Shown one piece after another: positions 11,101-21,808 of a DNA stretch of 64,000 nucleotides. Under the pieces are notes generated by a model. It had not been told where the DNA came from. It searched no databases and worked only from the letters and a program-made list of their open reading frames with translations. Numbering within the stretch: the stretch's first letter is position 1; each line of letters begins with the position of its first letter. This DNA is from Azolla caroliniana. Taxonomy: Eukaryota > Plantae > Polypodiophyta. Location of the stretch: positions 4,960,001-5,024,000 of the forward strand of contig JBHGNT010000010.1 in the NCBI GenBank assembly GCA_043228905.1. The letters run 5' to 3'. The translations under genes were made by a program, and so were the position numbers.

Positions 11101-12589
11101 TATATATTCCTCAAGATCTCTTCTCAGTTTCCATTTGTTTTGTTGGTCTAGTCGACTCTTGAGCCCTTGCACGTTCCATGTTACAATCTTCATACTCATG
11201 GAATGGGGTGGGAGATTGCCATTTGTGCCTGATGCTTTGCACAACATGCCGTGAGTGGGGAGCACTCACCATTTAGACATCCAGTCATTTCCATTGATGG
11301 AATAGTGGTCCACATCCATGAGTGGAGTTTGTAGGCTATCCTATGAGCTTCAATCACCCCTTCATGCTTCTCATAGAAAAAGAAAAATCTTGGAGTTAGT
11401 TGGGTGTCTATGATAGTCTGCAAGTGGATATGGCAAAGATGAGGTTCCTCTTCATCCATGGTGCACTAGAATTCAGTGTTATGCCAATGCTGCTTTAGTT
11501 CGTTCATGAGCTCTTCATCTCTTATTCTTGCTACAAAGCATGCTACTTGGCTACATAACGTTAATCTTGGATTTCGACCAATCTTCCTGTGTTGGACGCA
11601 AGAGTGGAAAGGAGTTTTGGGTCGTCAGAACTCTATTATTGTGTATCACTGATACATGTACCCTTATTTTTTCCATTGTCTTGTGCCCTATGCCTAGCCA
11701 TTTCAAGGCATTTTGCGGGTGTGGTTCAAGGTCTTGGCTAGAGGAATCACACTCATTTGTGTCCGGGAAGACTATGATCTGAGGCATGACATTCAAACTT
11801 TTGCCTTGGTTTGTTGCTTTTGCATTTGGTGCCGTTCCACTCAAGCGCGTATTAAGGTCTTAACATGACTTATCCTTCTTCGCTTCCCTGTTTTGTAAGC
11901 TTTAATGAGAACTTTCTCTTGTGTGCTTGGTGTCACCTTAGGCCGTTCTATGGGGCTTAAGAAAGAATTAGGGGAATGCTCGTCCGTGGGGGGGAGCTCT
12001 TGTAGTAGATCAAATCGATTGGGAATCATAGGCGATGGAAGATTTTGTGCCTGTGAAGTTTTGCGAAGGACATGGGTTTTTTCCACCACTCGCCATTTCA
12101 TCACAGTCTTATCGGGTCATGGTGGGGGAGGCTTTTGATTTCTTATGGTGGCCCGACCTTCTAGAGTCTCCTTTGTAGGATCTTTAATACGTCTTGTGGG
12201 GCAATTCTTTTTTAAATGACCAAGTTTTTTGCATGCAAAACATTGCCCAGGTGCGCCAATCACTTCTATGCGTTGTTCAATCTGCATTCCGTTTTTCTCG
12301 GGAATGAGGATCTTGGAGGGACGTTTGTTGATGTCCTGCACTAATAGGCGGATAGAGGGAGGGCCTAGGTGCTTCTTTAGCCTGTCCGCTAGCGTTAGTT
12401 CCTCATCCAACATCATCCCAAAGGAGTTGCCAATAGTAGGAAGTAACATGTTGTATTCTAAGGATAATCCAGGAAACAACATTGTTACCTTTTTCATGGA
12501 ATCATCATGTTGCGTTGCCTTCCCTGGCTTAAAACCATGTGTCCATTTCTACATGAATAACCATGTGTTTCGGACCTGACAAGGAGACA
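8146..12589 (-). mobile_element. L1-clade LINE, copy 1, degenerate, 5'- and 3'-truncated
   Basis: ORF1 fragments with CFACKKLGHLKKNC; ORF2 fragments with APE endonuclease (TWNVQGL, LQEHH, GDFN) and RT (WRPITLLN, FLDD, KYLG, GGLG); many stops and frameshifts. Confidence 0.92.
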
Positions 12590-12599
12590 TGGTTATGAG

Positions 12600-13430
12600 T
12601 ATTATTAGTAGTATTTTTTTTATTTTTTTTTTCCCTTTTTTCTTGTGTGTATTTATTTATTATCATTTGTTTTTTTTTAAATATGGTGGGTAGGGTTCCG
12701 TGCTCATCCCAATTCTCAAGTTCCAGCCAAGATTTGTTACACATGTTGGTAATTAGGGATTGATTAAGATATGTATGAAGGTTTTTAAGACCATTATGTG
12801 GAACATGTTATGGAGCTAGAAGTATGTGGGGGACTCGGGAGGGGAGTCAAAAAAGTCACTGGGTTTTATTTGCTTTACAAAGCAAAAGGGGTTGAACCTC
12901 TTGTAGTACAAGGGTAGGTAGTTACAATATTGTGCTACATAAACCGGACTTTATCTCCAACCGTTAAGTTTGGCAAGGTGTTCCGCTATTAATAAGCTTG
13001 ATCCGTGTCGTGTGTCTTTCTTGGGTGTGGGTGAGCTCAAAATAAAGTTGGTTGCCCATCTCTCCGGAATATGGACTATTTCCACTTATTTGATGATGGG
13101 TGTGGCCCAACTTCTTTACCGTGCAAAAGACACATCCAATCTTACTATTTAAATGACCAATTCTATTACAAGTACTCATTGATCATCCTTTGGAGGAATA
13201 TGTGGTCAAGGTCATTGTCAAATTCATCAACAATGATATCAACTTTCATTATATTGGCATTCAAGAGAAACATGTATTCTATAGTTGCTTCATATCCTCC
13301 TACTTGATTGAGTCCTCAAAGCACCCTAATATCACCAATGGGATCATTCTCTTTGAGCACTTGCTTTCAACCTTAACCACATACCCACTTTGTGGCCATT
13401 AGCTAATGTTTGGAGTCAAGCATGAGATAC
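12600..13430 (-). mobile_element. Possible old LINE 3' remnant with poly(A)-like tail
   Basis: T-rich runs at 12610-12680 (A-rich tail on minus) preceded by decayed Trp-rich reading frames; no diagnostic motif confirmed. Confidence 0.25.
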
Positions 13431-14126
13431 TTCCTCCAATCTAGGCAACTTCACAAACATGGTCCACATCAATTTCATTCGACCATATAGTAAAACCGGA
13501 AAGCAAACTTCATAACTTCCCTCTCAACTTTCAGTTATTTCAAATTTATGCCAAAAACTTATTTGACATTCTACATTTTCAAGCCTATTTGGATGATCCC
13601 AACATTTGAGTATATTATCAAATGAGAAACAATGATTTATGAAATGACCCCAACACTTAAGTATAGTATTGTAAGAAGTAATCCCTTGCAAAATGACCCC
13701 AACCCTTGAGAATGGTATGTGTTTAGCCTTGTAAATGGGTCCTTAATTGATGATTAATATTTGAGCATGCACACGTTACATTTTTATTGTGCTAGTTTTT
13801 GTTACGCCAACTATGTATCTTGGTCACAAGGGGATGTCCCTACAAGTAGCCCTTAAATGATTTCATATTATCAAAATCTATTGCTACATATCACAATCTT
13901 TTCTTTGTGAGTTTCAACGCAAATAAAGAAATGTTTCATCACACGTTTGCAAATAAATAATTTGAAGAATGCAACTTTATAATTTGACCCATTCTTTGTT
14001 TTAAAAAAAGGGAAGCAAGTTGAGGATGTGCTTTAATAAGACTAGTAAGAAGCCCATGTAAGGACATTTATCCATCAAGAAGACAAGGATACATATTATT
14101 ATGACGAAACATAACCATGGTTATGT

Positions 14127-17055
14127 TTACAATAGATGAGGAACCCAAAAGCTGAGTCCTAGGACAAGAAAGTTGTACAAAGAGAATATAGACAAGACTA
14201 TAGGTGGGGCCAAACTTGGTGGGCTATTGGGGTTTGCCGGTGTCGTTGGAGGAGATGGGGTTGGCTCAGAAGATGTTGTTGGGGGTGGGGGTGACGTTGG
14301 TAGGGTCAAACCACTGGGAGGGTTGTACACGGTTTCTGGTGTTGTTGGTGCTACCAAAAACAAAAAAACATTGTTGTAATGCAATCAGATCGAAAGATAA
14401 TTAAAAAAGACTCCAATATTCTATGCTTAAATACAAAACACCAAATAAACCCTAACTTGTCGGATATTTACCATAAAACCCTAAAGTTCATGTGTATGCA
14501 TAGTTCACAAGAAATTGTAAGCCACTTAAAACATCCCGACAGAACAACTACCAAGATGTAACTTAATAATGTGATCAAAGTGCAAATCTAGCCATAGTCT
14601 ACATAATGAATTAGGTCATTTTCTTGATATTTTTTGCAACAAAGAGACTTATTTTAAAGAATTTCACTCGCAAGGAACCACAATGAGAAGATATGGTGTA
14701 CAACTTGATGGTGGTATAGGAATTCAAAACTTACAAGGGCATTGCTCTTCCACTCTAGACTCCAACCTACAATAACACATTGAAATTTTGACATGAGATC
14801 ATGTAAGCATACTCTATCCAACATATACGCTTGATTAAACTTAGAGATACCTCGAAAGAATGCCAGATGAATTATATCCCATATAGATGCAAGACGTAAC
14901 CAAGCATCCATTGGCATCCGAAGAAGTGTTAAAGTCTCCCAACGTTAGTGTTGAATTGAAGCACGTTTGATTGCCACAAGTACTCGAAGAAAAGTTCGCA
15001 GGAACACAACGTAACCTTCAATGTGCATAACATTGACATTAGGCAATGAGATCAAGTGACCACCACAATTATTGTTGAGCACATACAACAACACAGATTG
15101 ATTAGGAAACACAGTCGTCGACGAAATTATGTTGTGTCCCAACATTATTAGTCCATTGAAGCAATGATATAAGGCCCTTTTGGATTGAAAGAAAAAAGGT
15201 GTTCAAGCAAGCGTATTCTATCAAATGCATGGGTAGGCACATGCTTAGGGAAAGTTGGATCACATGTGTTTTGGAATGTTATATTAGGGTACAGTTACAT
15301 GAGATAATGAATATGTGTGTGTGTGTGTGTGTACTTCCATGTGGGTATTATCAAAATATAGGAGTCCATACACTTACATGCCATTCTGACAATTGCATTT
15401 GACACAATCATTTGCAGTTAACTCATATGCTCCTTCGAGCACTTGGAGGTCATTGTCCTCGGCAGTCGATGAGAAATTGGCTTTGCAAACTGTAATCATA
15501 ATTTGAAATAAAAAACGGGTCAAGGTTGACACATTAGAAACTATAAATAGTGTCCAATGACACGATCCCGAAATTCTAAATAAACATAACAACATGCGAA
15601 TGGGCATACATACAACGGGTCTCTATTGCAACAAACATACATATACATTGGGATCTATATCCCGAATGATATAAGTTATGTCGGAATGATGGTGGGCCTA
15701 CTAAAACTATCCATCTAGTTAGTATAGCTACATGGCCTATCTCTAGCCTAATGGACCTCCATGACTGTATGACCACCACTAAAATTGCCCATCCAGTTAG
15801 TATAGGTACATGGGCCTATCCCTGGCCTAATGGACCTCCATATGACCATATGATAACTACTAAAATTGCCCATCTTCTTAATATAGCTACATGGACCTAC
15901 CTCTAGCCTAATGAACCTCCATGACTATATGACCACTACTAAAAATGCCCATCCAGTTAATATACCTACATGGGCCTATCTCTAGCCTAATGGACCTCCA
16001 TATGACTATATGACCACTACTAAAACTGCCCATCTAGTTAGTATAGCTACATGGGCCTATCTCTAGCCTAATGGACCTCCATGACTGTATGACCACCACT
16101 AAAATTGCCCATCCAGTTAATATACCTACATGGGCCTATCTCTAGCCTAATGGACCTCCATGACTATATGACCACTACTAAAATTACCCATCCACTTAAT
16201 ATAGCTACATGGACCTATCTCTAGCCTAATGGGCCTCCATGGCTTTATGACCACATGTATGTGGCCCCCCAACAAATCTTCTAAATGTCGGTTTCGCAAA
16301 TGCATTGGGAGCACGTACCTGGGAGCGGGACGAACAGAACGTTGTAGGCAAGGAGGTCACTGTCACTGGCATTGCCATTCAAGGATCGGAGATCATCGAC
16401 GGACGAATTATAGGCGGTGGCTATGGTGGACAAGTTATCTCCCGCTTGTACCTGGTATGACAAGATTTTGGCGGGGTTGCTGCCAATGGGGGCAGTGTCA
16501 TTGTCATCGACGAGGCAGGCGCAAGGGATGGGGATGGAAAGGGACTGGTTGGGGAAGATCTTGTTGTAGTCCAAGATCCCGCTCGCGTTGCCGATGGCTT
16601 GGTAGGAGACAAGCTGGGAATAGGTGTTGGCTATGTTGGAGAGGGTGTCTCCACTGACTACAGTGTAATTGATGGAAGTGGCGACCCGGGAGGCGGAGTC
16701 GGGGAGGTGAGGGGAGCAGGCACAAGACTGGATGGGGATCTTGAAAGGGTAAGCTGCAGGGAGCACCACATCTGGCAGATCCGGGATGGAGAGGTTGAAT
16801 TGGTTGGGGCCCAGCAGGGAAGTGTAGTTGAGGATGGAGAAGTAGAAGGCCATCTCTGAGAGCTGGATGTTGTTGGTGGGGAAGTAAGTGACCATAGCCT
16901 GGCATGGGGTGAGGGAAGAGGAGGAATTGGTGGAGCAGACATCTGCTTTTGATATTGCTTCACCTAGACATGGTGTTATGTCCACATAATTGAGACAGAG
17001 AAGCAGCAGAGGCTGAAGGTGCAAGAGGAGGAGGAGTCTGAAGGCAGTCCTCTGT

Positions 17056-17060
<5 letters not shown>
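14127..17060 (-). CDS. LysM-domain GPI-anchored receptor-like protein (LYM/CEBiP family). Exons 17060-16319, 15489-15378, tentative 15176-15016, 14350-14127
   Basis: Leu-rich signal peptide; LysM repeats (YTVVSGDTLSNIA, YQVQAGDNLSTIA) separated by CAC motifs; exon 2 VCKANF...YELTANDCVKCNC matches the LYM Cys-rich domain; Pro/Thr-rich stalk and hydrophobic C-terminus; GT-AG sites with consistent phases. Confidence 0.88.
15695..16255. repeat. ~80-bp tandem minisatellite, ~7 copies, in LysM intron 1
   Basis: Unit ccatctagttagtatagctacatgggcctatctctagcctaatggacctccatgactatatgaccactactaaaattgc recurs every 79-81 bp. Confidence 0.95.

Positions 17061-17095
<35 letters not shown>
17061..17095. repeat. 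(CT)n microsatellite immediately 5' of the LysM start codon
   Basis: Direct read; (GA)n on the coding strand. Confidence 0.95.
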
Positions 17096-17100
<5 letters not shown>

Positions 17101-17182
17101 GACACACACACTTACACTTGGAGTGTTTTGATGAGATTGAACTCTGTTTCCATTCTTCCCATATGTACTTCAAAAATTTTAA

Positions 17183-17435
17183 GGGGAAAGTACCAAGATA
17201 CCCTTGGAAGTTCCAAATTTACCAAACTACCCCTATCGCCAAAAAATTACACTTTATAAAGTAATTATACACTCAAATCTACAAGCCCTATTTACCAAAG
17301 ATGGAAGAAATGGACCCGAAGTCGCCCTATTTACCAAAGATTTGAGTGTATAATTACTTTATAAAGTGTAATTTTTTGGACATAGGGGTAGTTTGGTAAA
17401 TTTGGAACTTCCAGGGGTATCCTGGTACTTTTCCC
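17183..17435. mobile_element. Mutator-like MITE (~97-bp TIRs, ~9-bp TSD)
   Basis: GGGGAAAGTACCAAGATACCCTTGGAAGTTCC...CACTCAAATCT pairs with AGATTTGAGTG...GGAACTTCCAGGGGTATCCTGGTACTTTTCCC; flanks aaattttaa / aaaatttaa. Confidence 0.85.
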
Positions 17436-17474
17436 AAAATTTAACTCACACAAAACTCTCTTGCTTCCAAACAC

Positions 17475-17716
17475 CAACAACAAAATACGAGTGTCGTCCC
17501 AAACCAACGTGATCATGCCTGCACTTGTGTGCGCATGTGCGCGCCCCTGTGCTTGTGCCTATCCTTGCTAGCTTTAACACGGACCGTTTCGATAGCTAAC
17601 CAACAACATACGAGTGTCATCCCAGACCAACGTGATCGTGCCTGCACTTGTGTGCGTACGCGTCCCTGTGCTTCCACCTGTCCTTGCTAGCTTAGCACGA
17701 ACCGTTTTGATAGCTA
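17475..17716. repeat. Two-copy direct repeat, ~120 bp
   Basis: atacgagtgtc...ccaacgtgatc...gcctgcacttgtgtgcg...gaccgttt..gatagcta occurs twice in tandem. Confidence 0.85.
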
Positions 17717-20529
17717 CTTTTAATGGATTTAAGGGTTGGTTGGACGGCTTGGAAACCAGCTACCTTGAGAACTGGGACACACACCCATGTGGACCTATGA
17801 CATGTGGGATCTCGGGGTGGCCTGGGTGCCTCTGGTGTTGACCTATCGGAAGACGACTTGCTAGCCCCTTTCATTGTGATGTCTTAAGACACCAATGAGG
17901 CTGAGCTCTCTTCTTCTAATCTGGTTTTTGAACAACCAAGGTATTGCATCATGTAATAATATCTAGTTGGTGTGGCACACCAATAGTATTTTATGTTTTA
18001 TCTCATGTCCTTTTGCTTGAGGGGAGGGAGGGGGGAGGATTTGGTTGGCGTTACATAAGCACCTCTCTACTATTATCCTTAATCTCTTATTATTTTGCTC
18101 ATTGTTAGTTCAGTTTGTAATACCACAACCCTTCAATATTTCTTTCTTGCGACTCTCTTAACTCTAATCTTTACATCCTCCACTTAATTGACACTAACCA
18201 TTTTGAGGTTTTTTGTAGATGAGGTGGTTTGTACCTAGGCCACAACAATTTATACCCCACCCACTACTCTAAATCTATTATGATTAATGTAAATGTTTAT
18301 GAGCTTATTTGACTACGTAGGAACATACTCTCGACTAACTCTTTTAAAACCCCTTTAATTACGTAGGCATGACTCATGTAACTCAAACCACCCATCAAAT
18401 GTATATATAATGCCTCACCTATATGGCTTCGAGACATTATAGGAAACTCCTACGGGTATGTGCGGTTGATGGAGACAAAGATGAGTAAAGCCTTTTGGAA
18501 GGTAGTCATTTTGTGCAGCACCAAGCCACCACCTACAAAAGCTAGCCACGCCCAACAATTTGGTAAAATGGGATATAAGCTTTCTTAGACTAGATTTGAT
18601 TTATATTCCCCAAATCGAAACCTTGATGAAGTGGGAACAGGGACTACTGAGTCAAGATATAAGTGAGTTTTACCACTTTGCCTCCTACAACACATTGTAG
18701 GTTGATATCCTACAAGGGAAAGTGGTTTGTGGAGATCGCTCTAATGTAGTTATTTTATTCTATTGTGTATCATGTGCAACACTACTAAAGATTCCATATG
18801 TTTAAACTTTTCATGAATAAGCATGCCCTTTCTCTTTTCCGCGTGCTCCCAACCCATTTTTACATGGCATGTGTATAAACAACACACATTCTTAATATTA
18901 ACAAACCCTTGTATTGACTTTCATCTCATTGTATTGTGCATATTTATTCTTGACCCATTGCTTAATGGAATATACAAACGCGTTCTACGCTAGAAAGGAA
19001 GGTTTGGATATGTTTGCCAAGTGGTCATGTCCTTGCTTGACAATAAATGGATCATATTTCATAAATGATTAATGAGTCCTTTGAATATGTGAGATGGAGG
19101 CTTTGTTGCCCAAGGGTCTTGGTGTGAGACAAAACTTGGAGCAATCATTACTTCAAATACAACTTTTTGAATGCATATGTTTGACTCGTCTCGGAATGCA
19201 CATTCCACATCATTTTTCAAAGTGATTGAAACCATGTTGGTAGAAAAGAATATGATAGAAAATAGTGATTGGAACTATAGTAGTAGAAAAGAATATGATT
19301 TCTCACATTCACACATGAACTTCAATGCATATCATTGTTGAAGGAAATCATTTTATGATGTTTCGTCAAGATGCCAACACTTTTTGAAGGTATATTATTC
19401 TCTAGACTCTTAAGTCATCCAATTTGGTGTTCTTAAATGACACTGTTTTCAACAAGAGCACAATTATCCGAAATTTAGTGTCAATTCTAGTGCATGAATA
19501 TTCAGTTCCATATCATCTTTAAAGAAAGTAAATTTCTAGTGTTGGCAGTTCCCTACAATAGTGCTACCATTTTTCAATCCATGAGTCCTAGAAAAATGTG
19601 GAAAAAATAACATTGAAGCCTAGTAGATTATAGTTTTCTTTTGCCTTGTTTGGAAGTGGTTAGATTATGGTATAAATAAGATAAAGATTTCAATTCCTTA
19701 TATTATTTTTCCTAAATTAAGTGTTTTTACTCAAAGCTATGGTTTGATAATGCAGAGAAACAAAGAGAAGCGACAAGAATAAAACATAGTTGAAACCTAA
19801 GCTACTTATCAATGGTGATAAAACCCTACTTTGTAACAAAGTCGTCGACAAAATGTTTGTTGTGCCATTTTTGCCAAATTTGTTCATCATGCTTCAAGAT
19901 CTCATGTTTTGCTTCATATTTATTGAAGCTTTTCAACCTCCACTTGTTTTCTATTTTTACAATAGTTCCTCTTCCACAAACCAAATTTCACCATTTAGAA
20001 TGGCTTTGTTTGAATTGCGAATTATATAAACTTCAATTGCAATCCATTTATTATTTTTATATTCTAGTTACTCATTTTCTCATGTGAAATGTCTTTGTAA
20101 TTGATGTTATAGTGGTTTTCACATCTAAGTCAAATTGTCTTCTAATGAATCTTTTAGTTGTGAACAACATACTCAATTGGCTCAAATTTCAATATCGTCA
20201 TGTTTGGATATGTAAAGTTATTATTAGCATAATTGTTTAAATGATTCGGTAAGTTGCAAGCAATGTTAACCTTTAAAGATAATTATCGCACATTTGGTGA
20301 GGGACATGTAATTATGGGGAAATAGAACAAGAAACCCATTTATACAATGTACATAATGCCTCTCATGAGCAAGAAGTGACTCGTTAATGTTAGACGTTAA
20401 TCCTTTTAGAAATATTGAGAATCGATTAGACAGGCATATAGAGTTACAATCATAGAGATGTATGTATATCTAAAAACAAACTTTTTCTTACATATGAGAG
20501 TAGCTCACAATGGTAGTTCACCCATGCAC

Positions 20530-21628
20530 CGTCGTGATGTGGGGAACACAAGTAGAAGTAAGTTGGAATAGGGATATTAGAAAGGTTTAATGATAGATTG
20601 AAGGTGCGATAAAAAAGTCATATTACGAGTTAGAGTTTAATACAACAAATAAAAAAGTATCATGCATCAAAAAGGGAAAAAGTAGAGCATTTAAGTGGGA
20701 AAGAAAGTAGGGTGCACGCGAAAGTAAAACAAAGCACTCACTAACTTATTCAAGGGAGAGCTCTTTCATCCTATAAAAGGGTGAAGAGAACGCATACAAA
20801 AGGGAAGGAGAGAAAGAGAGAGATGTGTAACCTCTACCAGATTGACAAGTGAGGGTAGTGAATCAAGCGGGCGTCTAAGACCAACATCAACAAGAGACAA
20901 TGTGGCTGTTGATCGTTGGGAGAATTCTATCATCCTATAAACGGGGGAAGAGAACGCATACAAAAGAGGGGGGGGGGGTGGGGGGAGAGACGTGGAAGCT
21001 ATGTCGGATTGAGAAGTGTGGGGGGAAGAGGGACGTGGAAGCTCTACCAGATTTAGATGCAAAGGTGGCGAATTATGAGGGCGTGTAAGACCAACATCAA
21101 CAAGAGGCGATGCTGCAGATTACATCGAAACTTGTGGATTTGTCAACCTCGACTATTTACCCTCTCATGATAGAAGAAGTCGAGTCAACTGCTTCACCTA
21201 CACTCCTACGTTCGTTGGTGTTTCGGTCTCGGGTGAGGACCACACATGGTCGCTCATGGTCGTTAGTGTTCCAGTTCCCGGTAAGGACCACATATGGTCG
21301 CTCACGCACACGGGTGTTCGTGTCTCCCGTGAGGACCGCATATGGACACACATGCTCGTTGTTGTTCCAGTTGCCGGTGAGGACTTCACATGGTCGCTCA
21401 CGTTCGTTGGTGTTCTTGTCTCCGGTGAGGACTACACATGGCCGCTCACGTCTGTTGGTGTTCTTGTCTCCAGTGAGGACTGCACATGGTCGCTCACGTC
21501 CGTTGGTGTTTTAGTCTTTGGTGATGACTACACATGATCGCTCATGCCCGTCGATGCTGCAATTCCCGCTCACCCCTATATCACGCTTTCGAAAAGGCAG
21601 TTGTAAAGGATAGGATAATGTCACAACA
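20530..21628 (+). mobile_element. Putative solo LTR with internal duplication and 48-bp array
   Basis: Starts (C)GTCGTGATGTGG, like the LTR at 34498, and ends TCACAACA; duplicated atcctataaa..gaagagaacgcatacaaaag modules at ~20767 and ~20930. No TSD found. Confidence 0.5.
21205..21548. repeat. 48-bp tandem repeat, ~7 copies
   Basis: gtgaggac..cacatggtcgctcacgttcgttggtgtt recurs at ~48-bp spacing (21234, 21281, 21329 ... 21521). Confidence 0.93.
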
Positions 21629-21808
21629 CAGTGACATAAAATATATAGTTGGTGAGGATCAAACCTGCAATCTCACTCAACAAGATATAATGCTCAACCA
21701 TTTTGATATGAGCATTTATTTTTATATAATCTACTTGATCTAGAGATACTCTTTAGGCACATACTTCTAATCAACACTTGTATATTTTTCTTTATTCTTT
21801 GTGGGTTT

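Noticed and set aside
17900-20500. AT-rich intervals that may be old transposon debris (also 26650-29250, 40600-42250, 50100-52450)
   Set aside because: No motif, terminal repeat or ORF I could support by eye; a RepeatModeler or Dfam search is needed.
21205-21548. Regular short repeats resembling a CRISPR array (also 15695-16255 and 35375-36149)
   Set aside because: Whole units repeat head to tail with no unique spacers, there are no cas genes, and the context is eukaryotic.
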